Shown here piece after piece: positions 50,547 through 60,570 of a stretch of DNA of 64,000 nt; position 1 is the first letter of the stretch; the number at the start of each line of letters is the position of its first letter. A program made the position numbers and the translations under genes. This DNA is from Acidobacteria bacterium Ga0077522 (lineage in GTDB: Bacteria > Acidobacteriota > Vicinamibacteria > Vicinamibacterales > Vicinamibacteraceae): NCBI GenBank assembly GCA_001464065.1, contig LNDN01000011.1, positions 2,231 to 66,230 of the forward strand. The letters are read 5' to 3'. Under the pieces are notes generated by a model. That model was not told the DNA's origin, searched no databases, and was given only the letters and a program-made list of their open reading frames with translations.

Positions 50547-52256
50547 TTACTGCGTCACGCGGACCGTGAGGGCGGCGCGGCGGTTGAGGCGGCGCGTTTC
50601 CTCGCGGCTGTTGTCGTGCTTCGGCCGCTCTTCGCCGTAGCTCACCGTGCGGATGCGGTCCGCACCGATGCTGCGCGAGCCGAGGTAGTCACGCACCGAG
50701 TAGGCGCGACGCTCGCCGAGGGCGAGGTTGTACTCCGCCGTCCCGATGTTGCAGGTGTGGCCTTCGACCTCGAGCTTCAGCTCGGGGTTGTCCTGCAGCG
50801 CCTTGATGGCCTCGTCGAGGATGCGGGTGGCTTCGGGACGCAGCGTGTAGCGGTCGAAGTCGAAGTGCACGTCCTCGAACGTGTAGTCCTTGATGGCCGG
50901 CTTGACGACCTGGATGGTGACCGTGTCGCTCACCGAGCCGCCCTTGCCGTCGGTGACGGTGACGGTGCACGGGACGGGACCTTCCTGCATCGGGGCCGTC
51001 CACAGCGTCTCGCGGTTGCCCGGCTGGGCGACCGTGCCGGCGGGGCAGGACCACTTGTAGGTCAGCGGATCGCCGTCCGGGTCGCTCGCATCGGCCGTGA
51101 TCGTCGAGCTCTTGCCGACTTCCACGGTGCACGGGTTGCAGCGCGCCTTGACGGTCGGCGGGCGGTTCTCGGCCACCGCCGGCGGCGGCGGGGGCGGCGG
51201 GGGCGGCGGCGGGGCCACGTACGCGGTCGCGACGCCGGGGTGATAGCCGATGCGGAACTGGAGGCTCGCGCGGTCCCAGCTCTCGTCTTCCTGCAGCGGG
51301 TTGAGGCTGCTGCGCGAGTCGTGCTGCAGCGCATAGGTTGCGCCGGCGCCCACGAAGAAGCCCTTCGGGCTGAAGTACGTCGCGCCGATGGCGGCGTCGA
51401 GCGGGCTCCGGAGCGCCCACGTCCCGTTGCTCGTGGAGCCATCGAAGGCCACGAGACCATTCGACGTGATGCTGTCCTCGAAGTAGCGCTCGCCGAACAA
51501 CTCGGCGGTCAGCTTCAGACCGCTGCGGGTCGGGAAGCCGAGACCGACGCCGTAGCGGAGCCCGTTGCTCTGGTCGGTCCGCTCCGCATCGGCACGGGCG
51601 GCAAAGCCGCCGTACGCCGAGATGTCGACCTTTTCGTTGACTTCCTTGCTGACGATGTAGTCGACGAAGAAGTCCGCCTGGCCGGAACTCGTGCCCTTGT
51701 CGGCCGAGCCGGTGGGGAGCTTGACCATGGCCTTCAGGGCCATCGCCACCGGCGCGCCCTTGGCCTGCGACAGCAGGTTGACCTTGCCGCCGACGAAGAG
51801 GTCACCGAAGGTCGAACCCGACCACGGCTGCCTGACGAGCGGGTAGTTGTTGGTCGGACCACCCGCATCGCTTCCCGGCAGGAAGACCGGGCGGATGTCG
51901 CGGTCGATGCGGGTGACCGCAGAGAGGGCCGCGAACAACTCGGCACGACCGCCGACGCCGTACCCGAACGTCAGCGGGAACATGCCGATGTCCGTGAAGC
52001 CTTCCTGGCGGTCGAAGTTCGTGTAGTAGGCGCTGGCCGACCAGCGACCCGCCGGCAGGACCTCGCCGAGCGGCACGAACCACAGGCCTGTGTCGCCCTG
52101 GAACGTCGGGGCGGCAGACCGGGTTTCGGTCACCACCAGGCTCGCCGCAGGGGCCGGGGCGGGGGTGGTCGCCGCCGGCTGCTGCGCGAACCCTGCAGGC
52201 GCAGCCATCGCCAGACCCATCGTGGCGGCGAGACCTACCCTGAAGAGGCGTGTCAT
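50547..52256 (-). CDS. OmpA-family outer membrane protein (beta-barrel, poly-Pro linker, PKD/Ig-like domain, OmpA_C)
   Basis: 569 aa from the ATG at 52256; signal peptide ...APAGFAQQ; run of 11 Pro; DPDGDPLTYKW; OmpA_C motif TCNIGTAEYNLALGERRA. Confidence 0.88.
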   Translation of the reverse strand: MTRLFRVGLAATMGLAMAAPAGFAQQPAATTPAPAPAASLVVTETRSAAPTFQGDTGLWFVPLGEVLPAGRWSASAYYTNFDRQEGFTDIGMFPLTFGYGVGGRAELFAALSAVTRIDRDIRPVFLPGSDAGGPTNNYPLVRQPWSGSTFGDLFVGGKVNLLSQAKGAPVAMALKAMVKLPTGSADKGTSSGQADFFVDYIVSKEVNEKVDISAYGGFAARADAERTDQSNGLRYGVGLGFPTRSGLKLTAELFGERYFEDSITSNGLVAFDGSTSNGTWALRSPLDAAIGATYFSPKGFFVGAGATYALQHDSRSSLNPLQEDESWDRASLQFRIGYHPGVATAYVAPPPPPPPPPPPAVAENRPPTVKARCNPCTVEVGKSSTITADASDPDGDPLTYKWSCPAGTVAQPGNRETLWTAPMQEGPVPCTVTVTDGKGGSVSDTVTIQVVKPAIKDYTFEDVHFDFDRYTLRPEATRILDEAIKALQDNPELKLEVEGHTCNIGTAEYNLALGERRAYSVRDYLGSRSIGADRIRTVSYGEERPKHDNSREETRRLNRRAALTVRVTQ

Positions 52257-52317
52257 GTGAGTGTCCCTCAAATCTGTGAGCTGAAACGAACTCGAGTACA
52301 AAAATTGCACTCCGCGC

Positions 52318-52346
52318 ATATTACCGGGGAGGTGCACAGGCGTCAA
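52318..52346 (-). promoter_or_regulatory. Sigma-70-type promoter of the OmpA-family gene
   Basis: On the - strand: TTGACG, 17-nt spacer, TAATAT. Lies in the only AT-richer stretch of the spacer, about 60 nt upstream of the ATG. Confidence 0.55.
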
Positions 52347-52463
52347 ACTTTTCGCACGCGTTAGACCAAGGGTGTAGCCACCCTCGATCCACCGCATTCG
52401 CAAGGACCTGATTGCAAGAGCGTCGCCAGCGATCCGATACCGGTTCCTGACACGTTCCGGAGG

Positions 52464-53270
52464 TCAGGCCTCGATTTTCGGTGCACGCTTTTGGAACACC
52501 CAGGCGACCAGGATGCTGAATGCATACAGCACGAACATCGGCAGCGCGAGCAGGAACTGTGAGACCACGTCGGGGCTGGGCGTCACGATGGCCGCCACGA
52601 CGAAAATCAGCAGGATGGCGTACTTGGTGTTGCGCACCAGGAACATCGGCGTGACCAGGCCGACGCGCGCCAGGAACATCACCAGCGTCGGCATCTCCGC
52701 CACCGCGCCCATGCCCAGCGCCATCCGCACGTAGAGCGAGAACACCGGCTCGATGCGCGGCGCGAACTCCACCGTCTCGGTCGAGAAGCTGGCGAAGAAT
52801 CGCCACATGGCGGGAAAAATCACGTAGTGGGAGAACAGGGCCCCACCGACGAAGAACATCGTCGACATCATCACGAACGGAATCGCGAACCGCTTCTCGT
52901 GGGCATACAGCCCCGGTGCGATGAAGGCCCAGATCTGCCAGAGCAGCACCGGCAGTGCGATCATGATGCCCACCAGCGCGGCCATCTTCATCTGGATCAT
53001 GAAGGCCTCGGTGGGGTCCGTATAGATGAGCTTGCCGCCCGCTGGCAGGATGGCCTGCAGCGGCTTCATGATGAAGTCGAAAATCGGTCCGATGAAGACG
53101 ACCCCGACGATGAAGCCGACCAGGACCGCGACGAGGCTCTTGATGAGTCGCTGACGCAACTCGTCGAGATGCTCGAGGAAGGACATCTTGCCGCCGACAC
53201 CTTCGTCGTCGTCGTCCTCATCGAACGGGCGGGGCGGTGGCGGAGCGGCGGGGACAGGCGAGAGCGACAT
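52464..53270 (-). CDS. tatC: Twin-arginine translocase subunit TatC
   Basis: Six-TM TatC core (MSFLEHLDELRQRL...). The longest start at 53270 overlaps tatA by 53 nt; an internal ATG at 53186 would give 240 aa. Confidence 0.9.
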   Translation of the reverse strand: MSLSPVPAAPPPPRPFDEDDDDEGVGGKMSFLEHLDELRQRLIKSLVAVLVGFIVGVVFIGPIFDFIMKPLQAILPAGGKLIYTDPTEAFMIQMKMAALVGIMIALPVLLWQIWAFIAPGLYAHEKRFAIPFVMMSTMFFVGGALFSHYVIFPAMWRFFASFSTETVEFAPRIEPVFSLYVRMALGMGAVAEMPTLVMFLARVGLVTPMFLVRNTKYAILLIFVVAAIVTPSPDVVSQFLLALPMFVLYAFSILVAWVFQKRAPKIEA

Positions 53271-53643
53271 GGAGACCCGGGGCGACGCCTACAGATCGGC
53301 GCCGCGCGGCGTGGTCCTCGTCCTGGGCCCGGTCGTAGGGCTCGTCGACCCAGGGCTCCGCCGAGGGCGCCGAGGTGTCGGTGTCCACACCCGAGACCGG
53401 GGTCGCTTCGGGCGACGGCGTGGCGACGACGGCGGCCGGCGTCGGCTTGGGCGTGCGCTCCCGCTCCTCTTCGACGCGAATCTCCTCCTCGAGGGAGTTG
53501 CGCAGTTCGTTGGACGCCCGCTTGAACTCCGCGAGGGACTTGCCGAGAGACTTGCCGAGTTCGGGCAGCTTGCGCGGGCCGAACACGATGAGGGCGATGA
53601 CGAAGATGATGACCAACTCCGGCATGCCGAGAGAACCGAACAT
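53218..53643 (-). CDS. tatA: Twin-arginine translocase subunit TatA/E family
   Basis: 141 aa; MFGSLGMPELVIIFVIALIVFGPRKLPELGKSLGKSLAEFKRA. Confidence 0.9.
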   Translation of the reverse strand: MFGSLGMPELVIIFVIALIVFGPRKLPELGKSLGKSLAEFKRASNELRNSLEEEIRVEEERERTPKPTPAAVVATPSPEATPVSGVDTDTSAPSAEPWVDEPYDRAQDEDHAARRRSVGVAPGLHVALACPRRSATAPPVR

Positions 53644-53776
53644 CGTGGGCTCCTGAATGGGTCTGGAGTGCGACCCTGACCAGCGGGCGGTGCGTGGACC
53701 GTCGTTGATTATAGGAACGCCGTCGGCGGGGGGTCAATTACAGAACCCCGCCCGATCCCCGTCCGTCACGGGTGAG

Positions 53777-53805
53777 TTGGAGGGCGGCAACGTGCGTGCT
53801 ACGCT
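53777..53805 (+). promoter_or_regulatory. Candidate sigma-70 promoter giving a near-leaderless ctp mRNA
   Basis: TTGGAG, 17-nt spacer, TACGCT, then 6 nt to the ATG at 53812. Confidence 0.3.
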
Positions 53806-53811
53806 GCGAAC

Positions 53812-55434
53812 ATGCCGAAAAACCGCGCGCTGCCCGCGGTCCTGTTCGCGGTCGTCGTCTCCGCCCTCGTCGGAGGCGTGCTCGGTCGTCGCGCCCAGGC
53901 CACTGCGGATCCGCTCACCGATCGCTATCGCGTCTTCACCGCCGCGCTGGCCGCCGTGGAGCAGGAATATGTCGAGGACGTCGAGTCCGATCGCCTCGTC
54001 TACAGCGCCATCTCGGGCATGCTCCAGACGCTCGATCCGCACTCGAGCTTCCTCGACCCGCGCGCCTACGCCCAGATGCGCGAGCGACAGGAAGGCCGCT
54101 ACTACGGTCTGGGCATCAGCATCTCGCCACTCGACGGCGACATCACCGTGATGTCCCTGTTCGAGGGCTCGCCTGCCTACAAGAAGGGCATCCGGCGCGG
54201 CGACGTCATCGCCCGCATCGAAGGCCAGGACACCAAGGGCTGGACCAGCGACCAGGCCGTCAAGCAGCTCCGTGGTCCCAAGGGCACCGAAGTGAAGGTC
54301 GGCCTGCGCCGCGAAGGCTACACCGACCTGATCGAACTCTCCGTCGAGCGCGACGAAGTGAACATTCCCACGCTCAAGGGGGTGTTCATGATCGGCACCG
54401 ACACCGGCTACGTCCGCCTCAACGATTTCTCCGAGACCACCGACCGCGACCTCGGGGCGGCGCTCGACACGCTCACCGCGAAGGGGATGACGCGCCTGCT
54501 CCTCGACCTGCGGGACAACCCCGGCGGCCCGCTCGACCAGGCCATCAAGGTGTCGGATCGCTTCCTGCCCAAGGGCGACATGGTCGTCTATACCCGCGGG
54601 CGGACCCGCAACTCGGATCAGGACTACCGCGCCGCCGACGCCGGCGACTTCGGCGACATGCCCATCGTCGTGCTGGTGAACCGCAACAGCGCCAGCGCCT
54701 CGGAGATCGTGTCGGGGGCGCTCCAGGATCACGACCGGGCGCTGATCGTCGGGGAGAAGACCTTCGGCAAGGCGCTCGTGCAGTCGGTCTATCGCATCAG
54801 CGAAGGCGCCGGCCTCGCCCTGACCACCGCGCGCTACTTCACGCCGAGCGGACGCCTGATCCAGCGCCCCTGGGACGGGTCCTTCGACGAGTACCTGACC
54901 TACTCGCTGCGCGAGCAGAAGGCCGACGAGCCCCATGACCCGGCCAACCTGAAGCTCACCGACGCCGGCCGCAAGGTCTACGGCGGCGGCGGCGTCCAGC
55001 CCGACAAGTACCTGGCCGGTCCCGTCGAAGGCTTCAATCCGAGTCGGTTCGGGCGCGCCCTGTGGGCCCGCCAGATCTTCGCCGATTACGCCTCGCGCTA
55101 CACGGCGACCGGGGACACCCGCATCAAGACCAGCAGCCAGACGCGCACCGTGACCCGCGGTTTCATGGTCGACGAGGCGATGGTCGCCGATTTCCGTGCG
55201 TACCTGGAGTCGCGCAAGGTCCGCGTCGACGAGGCGGCCTTCACCGCCGACAGCCAGTTCATCAGGGCGATGATCCAGTACGACATCGACCTGGCCCTGT
55301 TCGGCGTCGAGGAGGCACGGCGCAACCTCATCGCGCGCGACCCGCAGGCCCAGTTCGCCCTGCAGCAGTTCGACGAGGCCGCCCGGCTCCCGCACCTCAA
55401 GACCAGCGCGACCGCCTCGCGGCAGGCCCCGTAA
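53812..55434 (+). CDS. ctpA: Carboxy-terminal processing protease (S41 family)
   Basis: 540 aa; N-terminal anchor, PDZ (GDVIARIEG), S41 motifs DLRDNPGG and NRNSASASEI, GEKTFGKA. Confidence 0.9.
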   Translation: MPKNRALPAVLFAVVVSALVGGVLGRRAQATADPLTDRYRVFTAALAAVEQEYVEDVESDRLVYSAISGMLQTLDPHSSFLDPRAYAQMRERQEGRYYGLGISISPLDGDITVMSLFEGSPAYKKGIRRGDVIARIEGQDTKGWTSDQAVKQLRGPKGTEVKVGLRREGYTDLIELSVERDEVNIPTLKGVFMIGTDTGYVRLNDFSETTDRDLGAALDTLTAKGMTRLLLDLRDNPGGPLDQAIKVSDRFLPKGDMVVYTRGRTRNSDQDYRAADAGDFGDMPIVVLVNRNSASASEIVSGALQDHDRALIVGEKTFGKALVQSVYRISEGAGLALTTARYFTPSGRLIQRPWDGSFDEYLTYSLREQKADEPHDPANLKLTDAGRKVYGGGGVQPDKYLAGPVEGFNPSRFGRALWARQIFADYASRYTATGDTRIKTSSQTRTVTRGFMVDEAMVADFRAYLESRKVRVDEAAFTADSQFIRAMIQYDIDLALFGVEEARRNLIARDPQAQFALQQFDEAARLPHLKTSATASRQAP

Positions 55435-55440
55435 CCGGCA

Positions 55441-55508
55441 GGGAGGGACGCCTCGCCGAGGCGTCCGACACGCGGTCGGTTCGGACCGCTCGGCGAGCGG
55501 TCCCTCCC
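55441..55508. repeat. Nested palindromic element (two 9-bp-stem hairpins inside an outer GGGAGGGA/TCCCTCCC pairing)
   Basis: GGACGCCTC-gcc-GAGGCGTCC (55446-55466) and GGACCGCTC-ggc-GAGCGGTCC (55483-55503), 7 nt after the ctp stop. Confidence 0.7.
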
Positions 55509-55640
55509 GATCTGCCGATCTACACGATCTAGTGGGTGCTGGGGGCGCTTGCCCCAATTAGTAGTCGCCTGCTAGACTCCGGCCTCTGAATTCCCGCGTC
55601 CCCGACTCCAGGATCGACGCCGGATGTCCCGTGCCCTGAC

Positions 55641-58600
55641 ATGCGCCTCAATCGTCTCGAAATCAACGGCTTCAAGAGCTTCCCCGACCGCGCCGACCTC
55701 GCCTTCGACCTGGGGGTGACGGCGATCGTCGGTCCCAACGGCTGCGGCAAGAGCAATGTCGTGGACGCGATCACGTGGGTGCTCGGCGAGCAGAGCGCCA
55801 AGAGCCTGCGTGGCGAGCGCATGGAAGACGTGATCTTCGCGGGCAGCGACGCCCGCAAGCCGACGCATACCGCCGAGGTGAAGCTGAAGATGAGCGGCGT
55901 CATCTCGCGCGTCGGCCTCGAGGACCACCCGCAGCGCAAGACGGTGGCCCAGGAGCTCGAGGAGTCGGTCGAGACGCTCACCGAGGACGTGGTCCTGGCC
56001 CGTGACGTCGAGGTGTCCCGACGGCTGTACCGGTCCGGCGAGAGCGAGTATCTGATCGACGGACACGTGGTGCGCCTGCGCGACGTGCAGGACCTGCTGA
56101 TGGATGCCGGCCTCGGCGTGAAGGGGTACGCCGTCATCGAGCAGGGCAAGATCGGCCAGATTCTCGCCGCCAAGCCGACCGAGCGCCGCCAGCTGATCGA
56201 GGAAGCCGCGGGCGTCACCAAGTACAAGTCGCGCCGCCGGCAGGCCGAGCTCAAGCTCGAGGCCGCCCAGCAGAACCTGACGCGCGTCGACGACATCGTC
56301 TTCGAACTGGAGAAGCAGCGCGGTTCACTGAAGCGGCAGGCCGCCAAGGCGCGTCGCTACCGCACGCTCCGAGAAGAACTGCGGCAGTGGGAGAAGCTGC
56401 TGTTCGGGCAGAAGTATCAGGCGCTGCAGGCGTCGATGGCCTCGGCCGTCGAGCGCCTCGACCAGGCGCGCGCCAACGAGGCTGGACTGTCGGGGCGCGT
56501 GGCCGAAGTCGAGGCCGCGCTCGAGCGGCTGCGCATCGAGCTCACCGAAGCCGATGCCGCGGCCAACGCCGCGCGGCAGGCCGCGCACGCCAAGGAACTC
56601 GAGAGCGGGCGTCGTCAGCAGCAGCTCGAGTTCGACCTCCAGCAGGTGCAGGCCATCGGTCTCGCGCTGGTGGGCATGCAGGACGAGATTGCGCGCCTGC
56701 AGGAGCGGATCGGGCCGGCGCAGGAGGAACTCGAGAGCCGGCGCGCCAGCAGTCGACAGGCCGATACGGAACGCGACGAGGCCGCGGTGCGCGTCAAGGA
56801 GGAGGACGTCGCCGTGCAGCGGGCGGCCGCCGAGATCGCGGCCCTCGAGCAGGCGGTGGAGAAGGCGCGCGGCGAGCTGTACGCGGGCATGACGCAGGTG
56901 AACACGCTGCGCAACGCCATCGAGCGGGCCATCGAGGCGCGGGATCGCATCGCGCAGGAACTCGGTCGCCTCGAAGTGGAGAGCGACGACCTGCGGGTCG
57001 AGCAGGAAGCGGCCCTCACCGAACGCGAGCGCGCCAGTGGACTGCTGCGCGAGGCGCAGGCGGCGCTCGACCACGTGCGCGCCGGTCGCGCCGCCAGCGA
57101 AGCGGCCCTCGGCACGGCGCGCATCGAGCGCGAGTGGCGCGAGCGCGACCTCCGCACACGCGAGCGTGAGGTGTCGGGCCTGCAGGCCCGCCTGAAGTCG
57201 CTCGAGGAACTCGACGCCGCGCGGGCCGAGTACGGCGAAGGCGCGCGCCTGCTGCTGGCCTCCAGCGAGAGCGGCATCACCCATTTCGGGTCGGTCGCTG
57301 ACGCGCTGGAGATGGACGGCGACTACGAGACGGCCGTCGCGGCCTGTCTCGGCGAACTCGTGCAGCACGTGGTCGTGCCCGACATGGCCGCCGTGCAGGC
57401 CGGACTCGCCTTCGTGCGCGATCGTGATGCCGGCCGGGTCGGTTTCCTCGTCGCCGACGACGTCATGCCCGTTGAGCCGCCGGCCCCCGCCGTGGCCGGC
57501 GTCCGACCCCTGCTCGACGTCGTGCGCGTCAACGGCGCCGCCGCGGTGCACGTGCGCGCCGTCCTTCGCGACACCTGGCTGGCGGAGTCGTCGGCGCAGG
57601 CCCGTGAGGCCTCACGCCATGTGTCCGGACCGGTCGTCACGGCCCAGGGGGATGTCTTCCGTGGCGCCAAGCTGGTGTCCGGTGGCGGCAAGGCGGATGC
57701 CCGCCAGATCCTGCACACCAAGGCCGAAATCAAGGGGCTGCGCGACCAGATCCACGAGGCCCATCAGGAGATCGAACGGCATGCCGGGGATCTGGCCGCC
57801 GCCGAGGCGATCATCGCCCGCATCACCGGCGAGATCGCGGCGCTGACCTCCGAGCAGGTCACGCACGAGAAGGCCATCGTCGGCCTCGAATTGCAGGTCC
57901 ATCGCGCCTCCGACGAACGCGACCGTGTGGCACGCCGGATGGACCTCATCGACAACGAACGGCGCCGGGCCCAGGAAGAACGGGCGACGCTGGAGTCGCG
58001 TGAGGCCGAAGCCCGTCGCTCGATCGAGGACCTCGAGGTCGAGCAGCAGTCGCTGTCGGACGAACTCGCGGATGCCCAGCGCCGCCTGCTCGACGGTCGC
58101 GAGCGGCAGGCGTCGATCGGCCGTCGGGCCGCCGAGGCCCGCGCCACGCACGCGGCGCTCGTCGAGCGGGCGTCCGCCCTTGCGCAGGACGCGCGTCGCC
58201 TCGAGGATGCTTCGGCGGACCTGCGACAGCGTATCGGGGCCCGGCAGGCCGAGGCAGACGCGTCTGTGGCCCGCCGTGCCAACCTGGAAGGCTCGGTGTC
58301 GGCCCTGCGCTCGGCGATCGACGACGACCTGGCCGCCCTGGACGAACTGAAGCGCCGCGTCGTCGAGGCCGACGAGCGCGTCGTCGAGGTGCAGGGCGCG
58401 TTCGCCGAACACGAGTCCGGCGCGCGCGAGGCGCGTCGCGGGTTGGACGATGTGCGGTCGCTGTCCACCGCGCTCGAGGTCGCGCGGGCGACGGCCGAAT
58501 CCGATCTCGGCCATCTGGCCGAGTCGTGCCGCGAGGCCCTCGACCAGACGCTCGAGGAAGTGGCGGAGGCGATGGCGGAGATGCTCGCCAACGAGGCCGG

Positions 58601-59381
58601 CCTGCCCAGTGCGGCGTCGGTGGCGGCGGCCGAGCGGGCCGGTGCCGACGAAGAGGGGGCCGAGGCTGGCGTCGCGGTCGAGAGCAGTGATGCCGCGGCC
58701 GAAGCTGCGGGCGCCATCGAGCCGGCGCCCCCGGTGCTGAGTGCGGAGCAGGCAATCACGCGGCTCAAGGTGCGCATCGCCTCGCTCGGGGCCGTCAACA
58801 TGATGGCCATCGAGCAGTTTGACGAGCTCGAGCAGCGCCACACCTTCCTGACGGGACAGCGCAAGGATCTCATCGACGCGATCGCGTCCACGGGTGAGGC
58901 CATCTCGCGCATCGATCAGACCACGCGCGAGCGGTTCGCCGAGGCGTTCGCGGCCGTCAACACCAACTTCGCCGAGATGTTCACGACGCTCTTCGGCGGC
59001 GGCCGCGCCGGCCTCATCATGCTCGATCAGGAGGATGTGCTGGAGAGCGGCATCGACATCGTCGCCCAGCCGCCGGGCAAGCGACTGCAGAACGTGCAGC
59101 TGCTCTCGGGTGGCGAGAAGGCCCTGACGGCGATGGCGCTGATGTTCGGCATCTTCAAGTACCGCCCGAGCCCCTTCTGCCTGCTCGACGAGATCGATGC
59201 GCCACTCGACGACGCCAACATCGGCCGCTTCGTCGAGATGCTGCGCAGCATGCAGGATCACACCCAGTTCGTGCTGATCACGCACCACCGCAAGACGATG
59301 GAGATCGCCGACCGCCTGTACGGCGTGACCATGGAGGAGCCGGGGGTGTCCAAGGTGCTGCGGCTCGATCTCACGCACTAG
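55641..59381 (+). CDS. smc: Chromosome segregation protein SMC
   Basis: 1246 aa; Walker A GPNGCGKSN, long coiled coils with hinge, signature LSGGEKALTA, Walker B FCLLDEIDAPLD. Confidence 0.95.
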   Translation: MRLNRLEINGFKSFPDRADLAFDLGVTAIVGPNGCGKSNVVDAITWVLGEQSAKSLRGERMEDVIFAGSDARKPTHTAEVKLKMSGVISRVGLEDHPQRKTVAQELEESVETLTEDVVLARDVEVSRRLYRSGESEYLIDGHVVRLRDVQDLLMDAGLGVKGYAVIEQGKIGQILAAKPTERRQLIEEAAGVTKYKSRRRQAELKLEAAQQNLTRVDDIVFELEKQRGSLKRQAAKARRYRTLREELRQWEKLLFGQKYQALQASMASAVERLDQARANEAGLSGRVAEVEAALERLRIELTEADAAANAARQAAHAKELESGRRQQQLEFDLQQVQAIGLALVGMQDEIARLQERIGPAQEELESRRASSRQADTERDEAAVRVKEEDVAVQRAAAEIAALEQAVEKARGELYAGMTQVNTLRNAIERAIEARDRIAQELGRLEVESDDLRVEQEAALTERERASGLLREAQAALDHVRAGRAASEAALGTARIEREWRERDLRTREREVSGLQARLKSLEELDAARAEYGEGARLLLASSESGITHFGSVADALEMDGDYETAVAACLGELVQHVVVPDMAAVQAGLAFVRDRDAGRVGFLVADDVMPVEPPAPAVAGVRPLLDVVRVNGAAAVHVRAVLRDTWLAESSAQAREASRHVSGPVVTAQGDVFRGAKLVSGGGKADARQILHTKAEIKGLRDQIHEAHQEIERHAGDLAAAEAIIARITGEIAALTSEQVTHEKAIVGLELQVHRASDERDRVARRMDLIDNERRRAQEERATLESREAEARRSIEDLEVEQQSLSDELADAQRRLLDGRERQASIGRRAAEARATHAALVERASALAQDARRLEDASADLRQRIGARQAEADASVARRANLEGSVSALRSAIDDDLAALDELKRRVVEADERVVEVQGAFAEHESGAREARRGLDDVRSLSTALEVARATAESDLGHLAESCREALDQTLEEVAEAMAEMLANEAGLPSAASVAAAERAGADEEGAEAGVAVESSDAAAEAAGAIEPAPPVLSAEQAITRLKVRIASLGAVNMMAIEQFDELEQRHTFLTGQRKDLIDAIASTGEAISRIDQTTRERFAEAFAAVNTNFAEMFTTLFGGGRAGLIMLDQEDVLESGIDIVAQPPGKRLQNVQLLSGGEKALTAMALMFGIFKYRPSPFCLLDEIDAPLDDANIGRFVEMLRSMQDHTQFVLITHHRKTMEIADRLYGVTMEEPGVSKVLRLDLTH

Positions 59382-59412
59382 GCGGCCTGGTCGCCGCCGC
59401 GACACGCAGACC

Positions 59413-60564
59413 GTGAACGAAGACAAGGGCACCCGCTACCGCCGCGCCGAACGCACCCTGCGCCTCGTCGAGGTCACGGCAGGCACCGTCGTGCTGGGGC
59501 TGCTGGCGCTCAGTCCCGTGCCGACCGGCCTGCGCACGTGGTCGACCGGTCTGCTCGACACGCCCGCGTCTCCTGGGGGCGCCTTCGTGCGCCACGCGGT
59601 GGTCGCCGCGCTGCTCCTGACGACGAGCCTGGCGCTGCCGGCCCTGGCCGCCGCGCCCTTCGCGCTGCGCCGGTTGTACACACTGGCCCGTCGCTATCAC
59701 GTCCCCTTCACCACTCCGCGGGCCCACGTGCGGGACACCGTGCGACACGGCGCGATCCTGGTGGTGGCCGGGGCGCTGGCCTGGGCGGTCTTCGTCTGGT
59801 TCGCGGCGCCCGTGCCGTGGCTGTCGGGGCTCGGACTCGCGCTCGCCATGCTGACGCTGGCCGCCGTCGTCATGCTGGCCGCGCCCTGGGCGATTCTGCT
59901 GTCGCCGCGGGTGCGTCCGCTGCGCGACGAAGCCGTCGCCGGTCGCCTGCATGCCCTGGCCTCGCGGGCGGGCTTGCGGCTCGGGGGCCTGCACGAGTGG
60001 GGCTTCGGCCCACACGGGGACCACGCCAACGCCGCGCTCGTGGGTGTGGTGGGGCCGCGGCGCCTGCTGATTTCCGACACGCTGCTCGCCGGGTGCCCGG
60101 CCGAGGAGATGGATGCGGTGGTCGCGCACGAGCTCGGCCATCACGCGCACGGGCACACGTGGCAGCGCGTCCGTGTGCAGGCGATCGGTCTGGTCGGCGC
60201 CGTGCTCGGTGCCCAGGCCAGCGCCGCGGGTCCGGCGCGCTGGCTCGGTGGCACGGACGGCCTCACCGATCCCGCGTCGCTGCCGTGGATGCTGCTCGGT
60301 GCCGGCGCGGTGTGGCTGGCGGCTCGCCCCTGGCAGCTGGCGCAGTCGCGTCAGCACGAGGCCGAGGCGGATGCCTTCGCCCTGGCGCTCACCGGACGCC
60401 CCGACGTCCTCGAGCGCGTGCTGGCGCGCGTCGGTGCACGCAACCTCTCCAGTGACGACGACTCGCTCCTGACGCGTGCGTTCTTCCTGACGCATCCACC
60501 CATCCCGGCGCGTATCGCGGCGGCCCGCCGTGCGGCCGAGCCGGCACCCTCCGCCGAGGTCTGA
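59413..60564 (+). CDS. M48-family membrane zinc metalloprotease
   Basis: 383 aa, GTG start; multiple TM segments; HELGHHAHGH (HExxH) plus downstream E...EADAFA. Confidence 0.8.
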   Translation: MNEDKGTRYRRAERTLRLVEVTAGTVVLGLLALSPVPTGLRTWSTGLLDTPASPGGAFVRHAVVAALLLTTSLALPALAAAPFALRRLYTLARRYHVPFTTPRAHVRDTVRHGAILVVAGALAWAVFVWFAAPVPWLSGLGLALAMLTLAAVVMLAAPWAILLSPRVRPLRDEAVAGRLHALASRAGLRLGGLHEWGFGPHGDHANAALVGVVGPRRLLISDTLLAGCPAEEMDAVVAHELGHHAHGHTWQRVRVQAIGLVGAVLGAQASAAGPARWLGGTDGLTDPASLPWMLLGAGAVWLAARPWQLAQSRQHEAEADAFALALTGRPDVLERVLARVGARNLSSDDDSLLTRAFFLTHPPIPARIAAARRAAEPAPSAEV

Positions 60565-60570
60565 CTCGCC

